DNA of 64,000 nucleotides from a virus: the IMG/VR virus record IMGVR_UViG_3300045988_115074, positions 32,001 to 96,000 of that record; one strand, given 5' to 3'. Position numbers and translations under genes: made by a program. Positions 18,585 through 27,743 of the stretch are shown here, piece by piece; the stretch's first letter is position 1, and each line of letters begins with the position of its first letter. A model generated the notes under the pieces. That model had not been told where the DNA came from. It was given only the letters and a program-made list of their open reading frames with translations, and did no database searches.

Positions 18585-20675
18585 ATGCAATTAGCTGCAA
18601 GGAAAATACTAGATGCAAGTCCAGTAGATGTGTTAGAGAACTTTGTCGGTAAGTTTAAACTAGAGTTTGACGATGGCGAAGTAATCGATACAACAGGGAC
18701 ACAAGTTGCTATCTCACGATACGGATGGGAAATCATTAAAAAGTTTCCCAACGTCCCAATCACTAAAGAGCATTTCATTTCATCTTACATGAAAGACGAA
18801 CTCTCTTTTACACCAACGTCGTTTCGTTTATTTCTTTCTAAGATTGTAAACAGTGTATTTGATATCTATCCAATGGATACCAATGAACAAGCATGGGCAT
18901 TACAGTCTGAAGTATGGGAAGAATACATGAGGGCATTTAACGATATCTTTAATGATGTACAAATTCATCGTGCAAAATACCATATGTCGATGAATATTGA
19001 AGACATCTTAGATATTGAATTTGACCCTGAAATTATTAAGATTAAGAAGGATTATCCAGTTAACGCTAATACGGTAAAAGACCCGCATTACATTGCCAGT
19101 ATCTATAAGCGTAAACAAAAGGTAATGACTTCAGAAAGACATAAGTACAATAACATTTCCATCATGATGCACTCAAGTGTAATTAAGATTCCGCAACTGA
19201 TGCAATGTTTTGGCCCACGTGGTTCTGTAACTGATATTAACTCCGATATCTTTAACGAACCTATTCAAGATGGCTATATGGATGGTTTCCACAGATTGTA
19301 CGATAGATTGATTGAATCACGTACAGCAGCAATGTCTCTGAATAACCAATCTGCTCCACTGAAGTTTACAGAGTATTTTTCTCGCCGTGTACAATTCATT
19401 GGCATGGAATTGAGAAACTTACATTTTGGTGATTGTGGTTCTAAATACTATTTTGAATTCCAGGTACGTGATAACCGAGATGGTTATGTGATTTCTGATT
19501 TGGAATTCTTAGAAGGTATGTACTATGTTGCTGATGAAGTAGAAGTAAATGGTGTATTACAACCTATCTTAAAACCTATTAAGAAAGATGACCACCATTT
19601 AATTGGTAAACGAATTAAAGTAAGAACTATCTTTGGTTGTCAGCATTCTGACCCACAAGGTGTATGTTCTACATGTTTTGGTCAAGCGTCACGTAGTGTA
19701 CCAAAATATCGTAATGTAGGACACTTTGCTATTATTTCGTTTACACAAATCATTACGCAATTGGTATTGTCTACAAAACACCATACTTCTTCAGCTATTG
19801 GTGCTTTGATTGAATTGACTGAACATATACTGAAATTCATGAAAATCATGAAGGATGGTTTGGCCGCAGGTTTGAAAGATGACCTTAAGAAGAACTTTAC
19901 TTCAATCAAATTAATTATTTCCGAAGAAGCTATTGACGGTATTTCTGATATTAGTAATGTACGTGATGTAGGTGTATTGTCAGCAAGACGTACTTCACAC
20001 ATCAATCGTATTAAACTTTTGTTTACTGCTAAAGATGGTTCTGTAACTGAAGAGATTATTGATGTTGTTCCAGTAACAGATGTAGGTTATCTGTCTATGG
20101 AAACATTGAAATACATGAAAGACAATGGTTGGGTAATTACCGATGATGGTATGGTAGAAATTGAAATGATTAATTTCGATACTAATCGACCAATTATTGA
20201 AATCACTCCGAAACAATCCGATATGTATAAATATGCAAAAGGATTGGAAAAGATGATTAAGTCTTCAGTTAAAGAAATTAAACAGCGTGCTATTTCTGTA
20301 ACACCTGAAATGTTCTTAATGGAACTATCAGATGCAGTTAATAGTAAACTGGGTATTAATCTATCAATTCTTCAGGTATTAGCATATACTATGCTAGGTA
20401 CGGATATTGTGAATAAAGACTTCTCGTTACCTAAGCCACATACAGGTCATGGTGTCGGCACGATGGACCAATTAATTTGGGGTCGTAGTTTGTCTGGTGC
20501 TCTTTCTTATGAAAAACAAGGTAGAACACTGGCTAGTCCTAATTCTTATATCCACACTAATAGGTCAGATTGTCCTATGGATGAATTCTTTGTTCCAGAA
20601 CAAATGGACTTGGAATACTTTAATCTATTAGAGCAACCTGAATATACCTATAATGACCTATTGAATAAACGTTAA
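18585..20675 (+). CDS. multisubunit RNA polymerase beta'-like subunit, C-terminal fragment
   Basis: CQHSDPQGVCSTCFGQ (cf. C..HGICAHCYGRDL); trigger-loop-like FTQIITQLVLSTKHHTSSAIG (cf. GTQLTMRTFHIGGAA). Confidence 0.8.
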   Translation: MQLAARKILDASPVDVLENFVGKFKLEFDDGEVIDTTGTQVAISRYGWEIIKKFPNVPITKEHFISSYMKDELSFTPTSFRLFLSKIVNSVFDIYPMDTNEQAWALQSEVWEEYMRAFNDIFNDVQIHRAKYHMSMNIEDILDIEFDPEIIKIKKDYPVNANTVKDPHYIASIYKRKQKVMTSERHKYNNISIMMHSSVIKIPQLMQCFGPRGSVTDINSDIFNEPIQDGYMDGFHRLYDRLIESRTAAMSLNNQSAPLKFTEYFSRRVQFIGMELRNLHFGDCGSKYYFEFQVRDNRDGYVISDLEFLEGMYYVADEVEVNGVLQPILKPIKKDDHHLIGKRIKVRTIFGCQHSDPQGVCSTCFGQASRSVPKYRNVGHFAIISFTQIITQLVLSTKHHTSSAIGALIELTEHILKFMKIMKDGLAAGLKDDLKKNFTSIKLIISEEAIDGISDISNVRDVGVLSARRTSHINRIKLLFTAKDGSVTEEIIDVVPVTDVGYLSMETLKYMKDNGWVITDDGMVEIEMINFDTNRPIIEITPKQSDMYKYAKGLEKMIKSSVKEIKQRAISVTPEMFLMELSDAVNSKLGINLSILQVLAYTMLGTDIVNKDFSLPKPHTGHGVGTMDQLIWGRSLSGALSYEKQGRTLASPNSYIHTNRSDCPMDEFFVPEQMDLEYFNLLEQPEYTYNDLLNKR

Positions 20676-20680
20676 AATAA

Positions 20681-20708
20681 CACCACCCCTTCCTCCATAG
20701 GGGTGGTG
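20681..20708 (+). terminator. hairpin (weak terminator candidate)
   Basis: 9-bp GC-rich stem CACCACCCC/GGGGTGGTG, 10-nt loop TTCCTCCATA; no T tract. Confidence 0.4.
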
Positions 20709-20735
20709 GTTATACACCTCTATGGAGAATAACAC

Positions 20736-22301
20736 ATGACACCCATGAAGATTGAAGTCTATCCGTTACAGGTTATTATCTATCCTAGAAATCCGGATGA
20801 CATTACACAGCTTCGTTCTTTCGCTAGAAACTACATGCGATGGAGCGAATACTACGATAAAAGACAAAGAAAGAAAGTGCGTGTACCCATGGCTGGGTAT
20901 GTATTTTTTACTAACGATAGACGCGAAGTAAGAATCATGCGTACTATGTTAAATGATTTAATCGGCCACTTGAAAATGTTCCGATACAAAGAAGGAATTG
21001 ATTTTCAAATAGAATATAAAGATATTGACAACATTGTGGATGATTACTATCCTACTATTAAAGAAGGATGGAATCCACGTGGCGAACAACAAGATGTCAT
21101 TGATTTTTTGTTAGGGTTTGATACAGGTTGTGTATTAGGACACTTACAAACAGGACAAGGTAAAAGTCTTATTTCGATGTTCGTTATTGAAAAGATGAGA
21201 GAAAGATTTGTTGGTATCATGCGACCACAATACTTAGGTAAAAACCAAGATAGTGGTTGGATTAAAGACTTCTATAAAACTTACGATATTGATTTAAAGA
21301 AAGACTTAATTCGTATTCAAGGTTCAGATGAATTAAAATCATTTATCAATATCTGTTTAACAGAAAATAGAAACCCTTATAAAGCAGTTTTAATTTCTTC
21401 TAAGACTTTGATGAATTTTATTAAATATTACGAAGAATATAGTTTAGAGGAATTTAAAGACTTAGGGTTTAACTGTACACCACAGGAATTTCCAAGATTA
21501 TTAGGTGTGAATGATTTAGTAATTGATGAAGCTCACTTTGACCATCACTTAAACTGTAAGTTTGTTTCTTACTTAGGTGCTAGAAGAGTATTTGGTTTAT
21601 CAGCTACACCAGTAGCAGATGATAAATTCGTAGATAGAATGTCTAAACTACTTTTCCCTGTAGAAAGACGATACGTACAAAAAGTACATGTGTCTTATAT
21701 TCAGCCTATAGCATTTAAATATAAATTAGGTAGTTTAAATGGTATTCGTGTCGAAGGTTTTAGAGGATATTCTCAAACAGCATTTGAGAAATCACTCATG
21801 AAAAAGAAAACATTATTGAAGCAATATTATAACATGATTGTTTCAATTATCGAAGACATTCATTTTCCTAAATACGAAATTAATCCAAACTTTAAATTAC
21901 TAATTACAGTAGGTACAATTAAGATGGCAAAAGACTTATCTAAGTATCTATCTGAATTATACCCTAATAAGAAAGTAACCAGTTACGTTGAAGATGATGT
22001 AGTAGATAACCTATATACTAGTGATATTTGCGTATCTACGGTATTAGGTGCAGGTACTGGACATGATATTCCAGAACTGGCTACGGTTATCATGACTAAT
22101 GCGATTAACTCTACACAAACCAATCTACAGATTGCTGGTCGTTTACGTAAATTACCTCAAGATGTAGAGCATAGTTTCGTTTATTTAGTTTGCGATAATA
22201 TTCCATCTCACCGTAATTATGATATAGCCAAAAGAACCCGTATCTTTAAAGGCAAAATGCACCCTGTAAAAGATATAAGATATGACAACATTTTAACATA
22301 A
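20736..22301 (+). CDS. SF2 DEAH-box helicase
   Basis: Walker A TGQGKS, LVIDEAHFD (DEAH), GLSATP (motif III), QIAGRLRK (motif VI). Confidence 0.85.
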   Translation: MTPMKIEVYPLQVIIYPRNPDDITQLRSFARNYMRWSEYYDKRQRKKVRVPMAGYVFFTNDRREVRIMRTMLNDLIGHLKMFRYKEGIDFQIEYKDIDNIVDDYYPTIKEGWNPRGEQQDVIDFLLGFDTGCVLGHLQTGQGKSLISMFVIEKMRERFVGIMRPQYLGKNQDSGWIKDFYKTYDIDLKKDLIRIQGSDELKSFINICLTENRNPYKAVLISSKTLMNFIKYYEEYSLEEFKDLGFNCTPQEFPRLLGVNDLVIDEAHFDHHLNCKFVSYLGARRVFGLSATPVADDKFVDRMSKLLFPVERRYVQKVHVSYIQPIAFKYKLGSLNGIRVEGFRGYSQTAFEKSLMKKKTLLKQYYNMIVSIIEDIHFPKYEINPNFKLLITVGTIKMAKDLSKYLSELYPNKKVTSYVEDDVVDNLYTSDICVSTVLGAGTGHDIPELATVIMTNAINSTQTNLQIAGRLRKLPQDVEHSFVYLVCDNIPSHRNYDIAKRTRIFKGKMHPVKDIRYDNILT

Positions 22302-22328
22302 CTTATTTCTAACTCAGGGAATCGACAA

Positions 22329-22811
22329 ATGTTACTTACTCAAAAAACCATAGGGAAATTTAAAGTGAAACAACCTAAAAATGAAATTCCAGTTTTTCGC
22401 AATATTGATAAACGTATTTCACCTACAATTGATATGTTATACGAAATTAGCAATAATGGGGAACTCTTTGTAACAAGTAAATCTTACCGTGGTACTAAGA
22501 TGCCTTACAGTAAACAAATTCGTGTTTATGTTTACCACAGTATGGCTGTTACACCTATTCCTATTCGTACTTCGTTTAAACATTTTAATTCAGTAGTAGA
22601 TATCTACGAAGACCATGAAAAAGGTATTGAGTTTACAGATGTCTATATTGCACGTAGTAATACATATGTCGATTATATGGCTATGGGTAAGATGATTGGA
22701 GTTTGTGCAAAACAAATTAATCAAATTCTAAAAATCAATAATTGCTCTAACCAAAGAATTAAAGATACGGTTTCTGTATTTATAGATAAATTACAAAAAG
22801 CACTTCGATAA
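22329..22811 (+). CDS. hypothetical protein, 160 aa
   Basis: ORF; weak RBS AGGGA; terminator 22821-22853. Confidence 0.6.
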   Translation: MLLTQKTIGKFKVKQPKNEIPVFRNIDKRISPTIDMLYEISNNGELFVTSKSYRGTKMPYSKQIRVYVYHSMAVTPIPIRTSFKHFNSVVDIYEDHEKGIEFTDVYIARSNTYVDYMAMGKMIGVCAKQINQILKINNCSNQRIKDTVSVFIDKLQKALR

Positions 22812-22820
22812 AACTACTAT

Positions 22821-22853
22821 ACTACTAGACTACCCGATAGGTAGTCTAGTAGT
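22821..22853 (+). terminator. hairpin terminator
   Basis: 14-bp stem ACTACTAGACTACC/GGTAGTCTAGTAGT, loop CGATA. Confidence 0.65.
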
Positions 22854-22878
22854 AATAGGATTATGTTTATTTTTAAAT

Positions 22879-22895
22879 CTATACTATTAAAGTGA
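22879..22895 (+). promoter_or_regulatory. phage promoter motif copy
   Basis: CTATACTATTAAAGTGA; upstream of gene 22933. Confidence 0.6.
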
Positions 22896-22932
22896 GAATT
22901 GTCTCTTAATCTTTTATAAAGGAAACTAAAAA

Positions 22933-23187
22933 ATGGAAAATTATACTTTGGAAAATTTCGTATTGACTGACGTAGAAAAAGAATACGTTAAAATGTACAA
23001 TGGGTTTGATTTCTGGTACGCATACACTGATGATGGTAGTGTATATCGTGCTGCTGAAAAACGACACAATGAACTGAAAGAACAAGGTGATAAAATGATT
23101 GTTGATAAAGCTCGTTTGAAGTTTATCAATGAAAATACACGTGAACTTCTTCACAAGTTAAAAGACCAAGAAAAAGATAAACAATAA
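22933..23187 (+). CDS. hypothetical early protein, 84 aa
   Basis: Promoter motif 22879-22895; RBS TAAAGGAAACTAAAAAATG; terminator 23191-23220. Confidence 0.6.
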   Translation: MENYTLENFVLTDVEKEYVKMYNGFDFWYAYTDDGSVYRAAEKRHNELKEQGDKMIVDKARLKFINENTRELLHKLKDQEKDKQ

Positions 23188-23190
23188 ATA

Positions 23191-23220
23191 ATAGACTAGG
23201 GTAACATTACCCTAGTCTAT
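23191..23220 (+). terminator. hairpin terminator (same arms as 24011-24040)
   Basis: Arms ATAGACTAGGG/CCCTAGTCTAT. Confidence 0.65.
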
Positions 23221-23259
23221 TAATATACTCTAATACATTTTATTTTATTTTATTTCAGA

Positions 23260-23277
23260 TATATACTACTATAGTGG
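23260..23277 (+). promoter_or_regulatory. phage promoter motif copy (strong class with AT-rich upstream element)
   Basis: TATATACTACTATAGTGG; 12-bp hairpin 23270-23301 includes the 3' end of the motif. Confidence 0.65.
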
Positions 23278-23333
23278 AAAGAGAGGAAACTTTCCACTAT
23301 AATTCTTTTAACAAAAACTTAAGGAGTATTACT

Positions 23334-23996
23334 ATGTCTATCAAATTCAATTTCCAATACAACGAATCCATGTTCACTAACCTTGATGTTAAGGTTGAAA
23401 AGCAAAAATGGATTCAGTCTCGTTATATGCATAAAAACAATATCCCATTATTGAAGAAGGACTCCGAAGAGGAGTTAATGAGTAATCTCACTTTCTTCGG
23501 TGGTTACCTTACTGACAAAGATAAAATCATTGTTAAGTATATCAACCCAACAATTAACGTTATATTTAAGGTAATGGGTTTCTTCTCTAAACAAGTACGT
23601 CAATCAACAGAAGAAATAATGAACATCGATAAACGAATCTTACCGCATGAAAAATTGCACTGCGTGCAATTTCGTAACTTCTTCATTGGTGGTCGTACCA
23701 TCCGTGAAGTGAATGCGGAAATTAGTAATCTGTACTTCGCTAATCCAGAACAACAACGATTGGCTGATGAAATCAAACAAATCCAATACGAAGCAGAGGT
23801 TGATGCCTATTGCTTCGATTTGATTCGTGGTGAGACTGGTATCAAAACTGTCGAAAATATTGTAGACATTCTTGTAACAGCTTACCCACAATCACTGGAA
23901 GTTTGCAAAGATCGTTACGAAGTTCACCTTGATGTAGAGAATCGTTTAGAGTACATCAAAGAAAACTTCCATATGTTCAAACCTATTATGGGTTAA
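23334..23996 (+). CDS. hypothetical early protein, 220 aa (start moved from 23274)
   Basis: ATG 23334 follows AAGGAGTATTACT. The track start 23274 lies inside the promoter hairpin. Leader is near-identical to that of 39197. Codon-biased. Confidence 0.7.
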   Translation: MSIKFNFQYNESMFTNLDVKVEKQKWIQSRYMHKNNIPLLKKDSEEELMSNLTFFGGYLTDKDKIIVKYINPTINVIFKVMGFFSKQVRQSTEEIMNIDKRILPHEKLHCVQFRNFFIGGRTIREVNAEISNLYFANPEQQRLADEIKQIQYEAEVDAYCFDLIRGETGIKTVENIVDILVTAYPQSLEVCKDRYEVHLDVENRLEYIKENFHMFKPIMG

Positions 23997-24010
23997 CATA
24001 AGGAAAGTAA

Positions 24011-24046
24011 ATAGACTAGGGAGAACATCCCCTAGTCTATTTTTTT
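24011..24046. terminator. bidirectional intrinsic terminator
   Basis: Arms ATAGACTAGGG/CCCTAGTCTAT, then T-run; between convergent genes 23334-23996 and 24045-25844. Confidence 0.8.
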
Positions 24047-25844
24047 AGTTATTTTTTTGTCTTCTATATTCTTCTAGCATACTAGTCATCGTAGGTGCGT
24101 TAAATAACTGACAAGATATTTCTACAGCATTAACAAATCCACCACTCATGTTAATACCACTTTGTCGTCTCCATCTTTCATCTACATTATCAATACTGAT
24201 TAACTCTTTAGTCATGGTTTCACGAGAAGTATTTAGTGCACTATTACCATTAGGATAACTAGAAGTTACGTCAATATCAGCATTGTCTCTAAATACTAAT
24301 GTTTTTAAACCACGAGCATCTTCAAATAGATTATTACCTTCAGCAATTAATAAATCTGCTCTTAATGTAATAATCCAATCATCTCGACCAATGAGTTCAC
24401 TATCTAATGGTATTTCATTATTCGCACCACCAGTACCGTAAGCATAACCTCTTTCTAGATTAAACCAGTGCATATCATCCGCTAATCGTTTAGGTTCTGA
24501 ATCAAAGTCTTTATAATCACTAGATTCACATGCTGATACGACACTGTGTGAAATATCCATAGTTTGTTCATCTAAATACTCTAATGCAATACAGTCAAAC
24601 TTATTATAGATAACATATTCAAATGGATAATTACTTTGCATGAAAATATGCCAATCCACAGTACCAATCAAATGACTACTTTCATCAAATTTTAACTTAC
24701 GAATCTTACTGTTTCGATTAGCCCTAGCAATTTCTTTTTCTGACATACCAGGTTTAATCTCATCAGGAAACTCAATAGACAAAATATAATCCAGTGAATA
24801 CTTAGGTAATTTACCTTTATGTTTACGAGAGTTATAGTAATAACACATACTATCGATAAAGGTGAAACTAGCAGGTACATTAACTTGTGGCCATTTTTCA
24901 AAGTTAGCTAAGTTTTTCCACACACCTTTTTTACTTAATGCAGATTCTTTACCTGGATTATAATCAAAGAATCTAAAAGCAGGAGGTACAGATGGATCGG
25001 ATAATATATCAGATACTTTAACATCTGCTCTCTCACAAGCCTCAATGGTTCTGCGTACATCGTAATCCATATTCCAAGCACTAATAAAATCAGGCTTAAT
25101 CTCATGCGCTCTTTCAAATATTTTCTTAACGACTTCAATTTCAGTATCCACTACGTAAAACTCTTGCTTAATGTTTCTTTCTTTGTTTACTTCACCTAGA
25201 TAAATCTCATCGTATTTATATAAGGTCTCTAATGCTTTCTCTTTAGAAATATTAGGAAACTTACCACGAATAAAGTTAATATCTACTACAGTAACAACAA
25301 TATCTTTCATGGATAATGTTGCCATCTCAATATGCTCGTATTTTTCTTTATTACGGATATTGGTTTCCACGTCAAATGCTGCTACGTCTGCTAACTTCTC
25401 GGTCTTACTGGCTAACTCACCATGGTTATATTTATATTTTAATTCAGCAGATGAACTTAAATCAGTACCGTAAACATAAGGGCCTCTTAGAATATCAGAA
25501 GGAGAGATACGTTGACCAAAGTTCTTAATACCTAAAGAATTCATTGCAGCACCTAACATCTCTTTTCTAGGTACACGAATCTCTTCACATTCTGAAATAG
25601 GAAAACGCTCTTTCTTTTGTTTATGGTTTCTATTCTTAGGCGTACATACCCAGAAAGTCTTTTTAAAGTTTTTAATTAATTTGATTTTTCTATCTATTGT
25701 ACCATCGTCAAGATAATCCGTAATCTTAACTAAATGTACATCTGTTTCTCTATTACCAATCTTTTCACTTAAGACGGCATTCTTAGCAGCATTGTTTGCT
25801 AAGTAAATAACATTACGGCATTGAGTGCCAACTACTTCAGCCAT
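24045..25844 (-). CDS. family-B DNA polymerase, N-terminal part (3'-5' exonuclease domain through motif A)
   Basis: Exo I AAFDVETN, Exo II AWNMDYDV, Exo III YNKFDCIAL, motif A DIDVTSSYPNG. No motif B (KxxxNSxYG) or motif C (DTDS) before the stop. Confidence 0.8.
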   Translation of the reverse strand: MAEVVGTQCRNVIYLANNAAKNAVLSEKIGNRETDVHLVKITDYLDDGTIDRKIKLIKNFKKTFWVCTPKNRNHKQKKERFPISECEEIRVPRKEMLGAAMNSLGIKNFGQRISPSDILRGPYVYGTDLSSSAELKYKYNHGELASKTEKLADVAAFDVETNIRNKEKYEHIEMATLSMKDIVVTVVDINFIRGKFPNISKEKALETLYKYDEIYLGEVNKERNIKQEFYVVDTEIEVVKKIFERAHEIKPDFISAWNMDYDVRRTIEACERADVKVSDILSDPSVPPAFRFFDYNPGKESALSKKGVWKNLANFEKWPQVNVPASFTFIDSMCYYYNSRKHKGKLPKYSLDYILSIEFPDEIKPGMSEKEIARANRNSKIRKLKFDESSHLIGTVDWHIFMQSNYPFEYVIYNKFDCIALEYLDEQTMDISHSVVSACESSDYKDFDSEPKRLADDMHWFNLERGYAYGTGGANNEIPLDSELIGRDDWIITLRADLLIAEGNNLFEDARGLKTLVFRDNADIDVTSSYPNGNSALNTSRETMTKELISIDNVDERWRRQSGINMSGGFVNAVEISCQLFNAPTMTSMLEEYRRQKNN

Positions 25845-25936
25845 TTTAATTCCTTTAAAAGTCAGGTCTATTCATATTTTTTTAAATGCAAAAATATATA
25901 TTAGTCAAATAAAACGAAAGATAATATGAGAACACC

Positions 25937-25950
25937 GTATAACGTTATAC
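25937..25950. promoter_or_regulatory. 14-bp perfect palindrome upstream of peptidase gene
   Basis: GTATAACGTTATAC, 17 nt upstream of ATG 25967; shares ACGTTATAC with 41451-41459. Confidence 0.3.
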
Positions 25951-25966
25951 TAAAAGGATGGTTAAA

Positions 25967-27295
25967 ATGAGTTTATTTGATGAATCGTTAGAGTTATCTA
26001 ACGAGATGATGGTCAATGAAAACAACTGGTCAATGGTAAAATCAGGTTTTCATGAAGAATTGACAAAAGCAATAAAGATAATTATCGATACAGAAACACC
26101 TCGTACTTTTTATCGTAGTAAAGAAGCACAAAAAAGAATTACAGATGTGATTGCTAAACATACAGGTATTAATGTAAATATATCAGCAGAGCACCGTTGT
26201 TTTGCCATGATGCCACCTGACTTAAATAAAAACCATACATTGATTGATTTCGATCAAAGAATGTTTTTTAATAATGAAGAATTAAAAAGACAACAAGGGA
26301 GTATTAGAGGTTCTGTAGATATTAAGAATTTTAAAATTGGCGGAGACTTTAAAGACGTAGTTGTTGATTTATTTATTGGCCCAGACATGATGTGGCCAGG
26401 TTATTACGACAGTAATGCTTTAATGACTCCTGCTGAAGTTTCAGCAGTTATTTTACATGAAGTAGGACATATGTTTTCCTACTTTGCATTAGTGGCACAT
26501 ACTTACTCTATTAACTTACCAATGCTTGGTACATTAAATCGTATTGCTAATACAGAAGACGCTGATAAAATAGAAATTATTCTAAAACAATGGAATAGTA
26601 ACGAGACAACATTAACTAAGGTAGATACAAAAGAACTATCTGGTAAACGTAAAGAAGTTATTGTTACAGCTATTGTATCTAATCATATCCAAGATACAAA
26701 AACACTTATGTCACAACGAGAATACGAAGAAGTCAATACAGAACACTTAGCTGATAAATTTGCAGTAAGATGTGGTGCTGGTGGTGACCTATCATCTGGT
26801 TTAAATAAAATCTTAACACTATACGGTGTTAGATCAACATTAACCATGACCAGTTTTGTTATCAACGAAATTATTACTGGTATTGTTCTACTCATGATGT
26901 CAGCATTTACTGTTGCTGGTATGGCTATGATACTTCCTGGTATTATTGGATTAATTATTACCTTTGAGATATTTAAGTCAACATCTAACGCAGGTGATGG
27001 TACCTACGATACTGAAGTAAATCGTTTCGGACGTATGCGTAATGATATGGTTACTATGCTTAAAGATAAAAACATTGATAAAGCTATTGGTAAACGTATT
27101 CGTGATGACATTAGTCGTGTTGATAAAATCTTAACTAACTATAAAGAATATAAATCTTTAATTGGTTCGTTTGCAGATATGATTATACCTAGTAAACGTA
27201 GACTATTGTCTCAAACAGAATTCTATAAAGAATTAGAAAAGTTAAGCTCTAACAATCTATTTGTTGCAGCTTATGATTTAAGAAATTTAAAATAA
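25967..27295 (+). CDS. membrane-associated Zn metallopeptidase (HExxH), MSLFD N-terminus
   Basis: AVILHEVGHMFSY; hydrophobic spans FVINEIITGIVLLMMSAFTVAGMAMILPGIIGLIITFEIF. Start at 25967 chosen for RBS spacing (AAAAGGA + 8 nt) and the shared MSLFD start. Confidence 0.7.
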   Translation: MSLFDESLELSNEMMVNENNWSMVKSGFHEELTKAIKIIIDTETPRTFYRSKEAQKRITDVIAKHTGINVNISAEHRCFAMMPPDLNKNHTLIDFDQRMFFNNEELKRQQGSIRGSVDIKNFKIGGDFKDVVVDLFIGPDMMWPGYYDSNALMTPAEVSAVILHEVGHMFSYFALVAHTYSINLPMLGTLNRIANTEDADKIEIILKQWNSNETTLTKVDTKELSGKRKEVIVTAIVSNHIQDTKTLMSQREYEEVNTEHLADKFAVRCGAGGDLSSGLNKILTLYGVRSTLTMTSFVINEIITGIVLLMMSAFTVAGMAMILPGIIGLIITFEIFKSTSNAGDGTYDTEVNRFGRMRNDMVTMLKDKNIDKAIGKRIRDDISRVDKILTNYKEYKSLIGSFADMIIPSKRRLLSQTEFYKELEKLSSNNLFVAAYDLRNLK

Positions 27296-27307
27296 AAGGA
27301 ATTAATT

Positions 27308-27730
27308 ATGTCTTTATATTCAGATATCCGTGCTCTTGCTGATTCTAATTTCCAACAAGAGAATCGACTACAAGGCGTGGCATTTGCTGTGGCTTTAGCA
27401 CTAGCTGTTAAATATATCAATACAGTAGATGGTAACGATACTGTTGAAAATACTTATTTACAATATGTTTATAAACCAGCATCTGAAACAATTTCTTTAA
27501 TTAACGAAAATGTTTTAACAGATATTCGTTATTGTATGGATTTGACCAAGAAGTTATTTGTCATGATGTACAATGTTAAATATAGACCTATTTCAGTTAG
27601 CGATAATGGTTCTTCTCTTTCAGCTGTATTGTTTGATGTGGAAAGTTATTTCCCAGCAGATACATTAGAATTCTTTAAACAAAATAAAACAGGTATCGTT
27701 AATATCTTTAATCGTCTAAATCAAGAATAA
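27308..27730 (+). CDS. hypothetical protein, 140 aa
   Basis: RBS AAAAGGAATTAATTATG; begins MSLYSD. Confidence 0.65.
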   Translation: MSLYSDIRALADSNFQQENRLQGVAFAVALALAVKYINTVDGNDTVENTYLQYVYKPASETISLINENVLTDIRYCMDLTKKLFVMMYNVKYRPISVSDNGSSLSAVLFDVESYFPADTLEFFKQNKTGIVNIFNRLNQE

Positions 27731-27743
27731 CGAGGGTATTGTT

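Noticed and set aside
23274-23333. Longer ORF-track starts: 23274 for gene 23334, 25958 for 25967, 34482 for 34398 and 53539 for 53593
   Set aside because: The upstream ATGs lie inside promoter motifs or hairpins, or would overlap a divergent gene, and they lack an RBS. The internal ATGs have the canonical AAAGGA/AAGGAG spacing.
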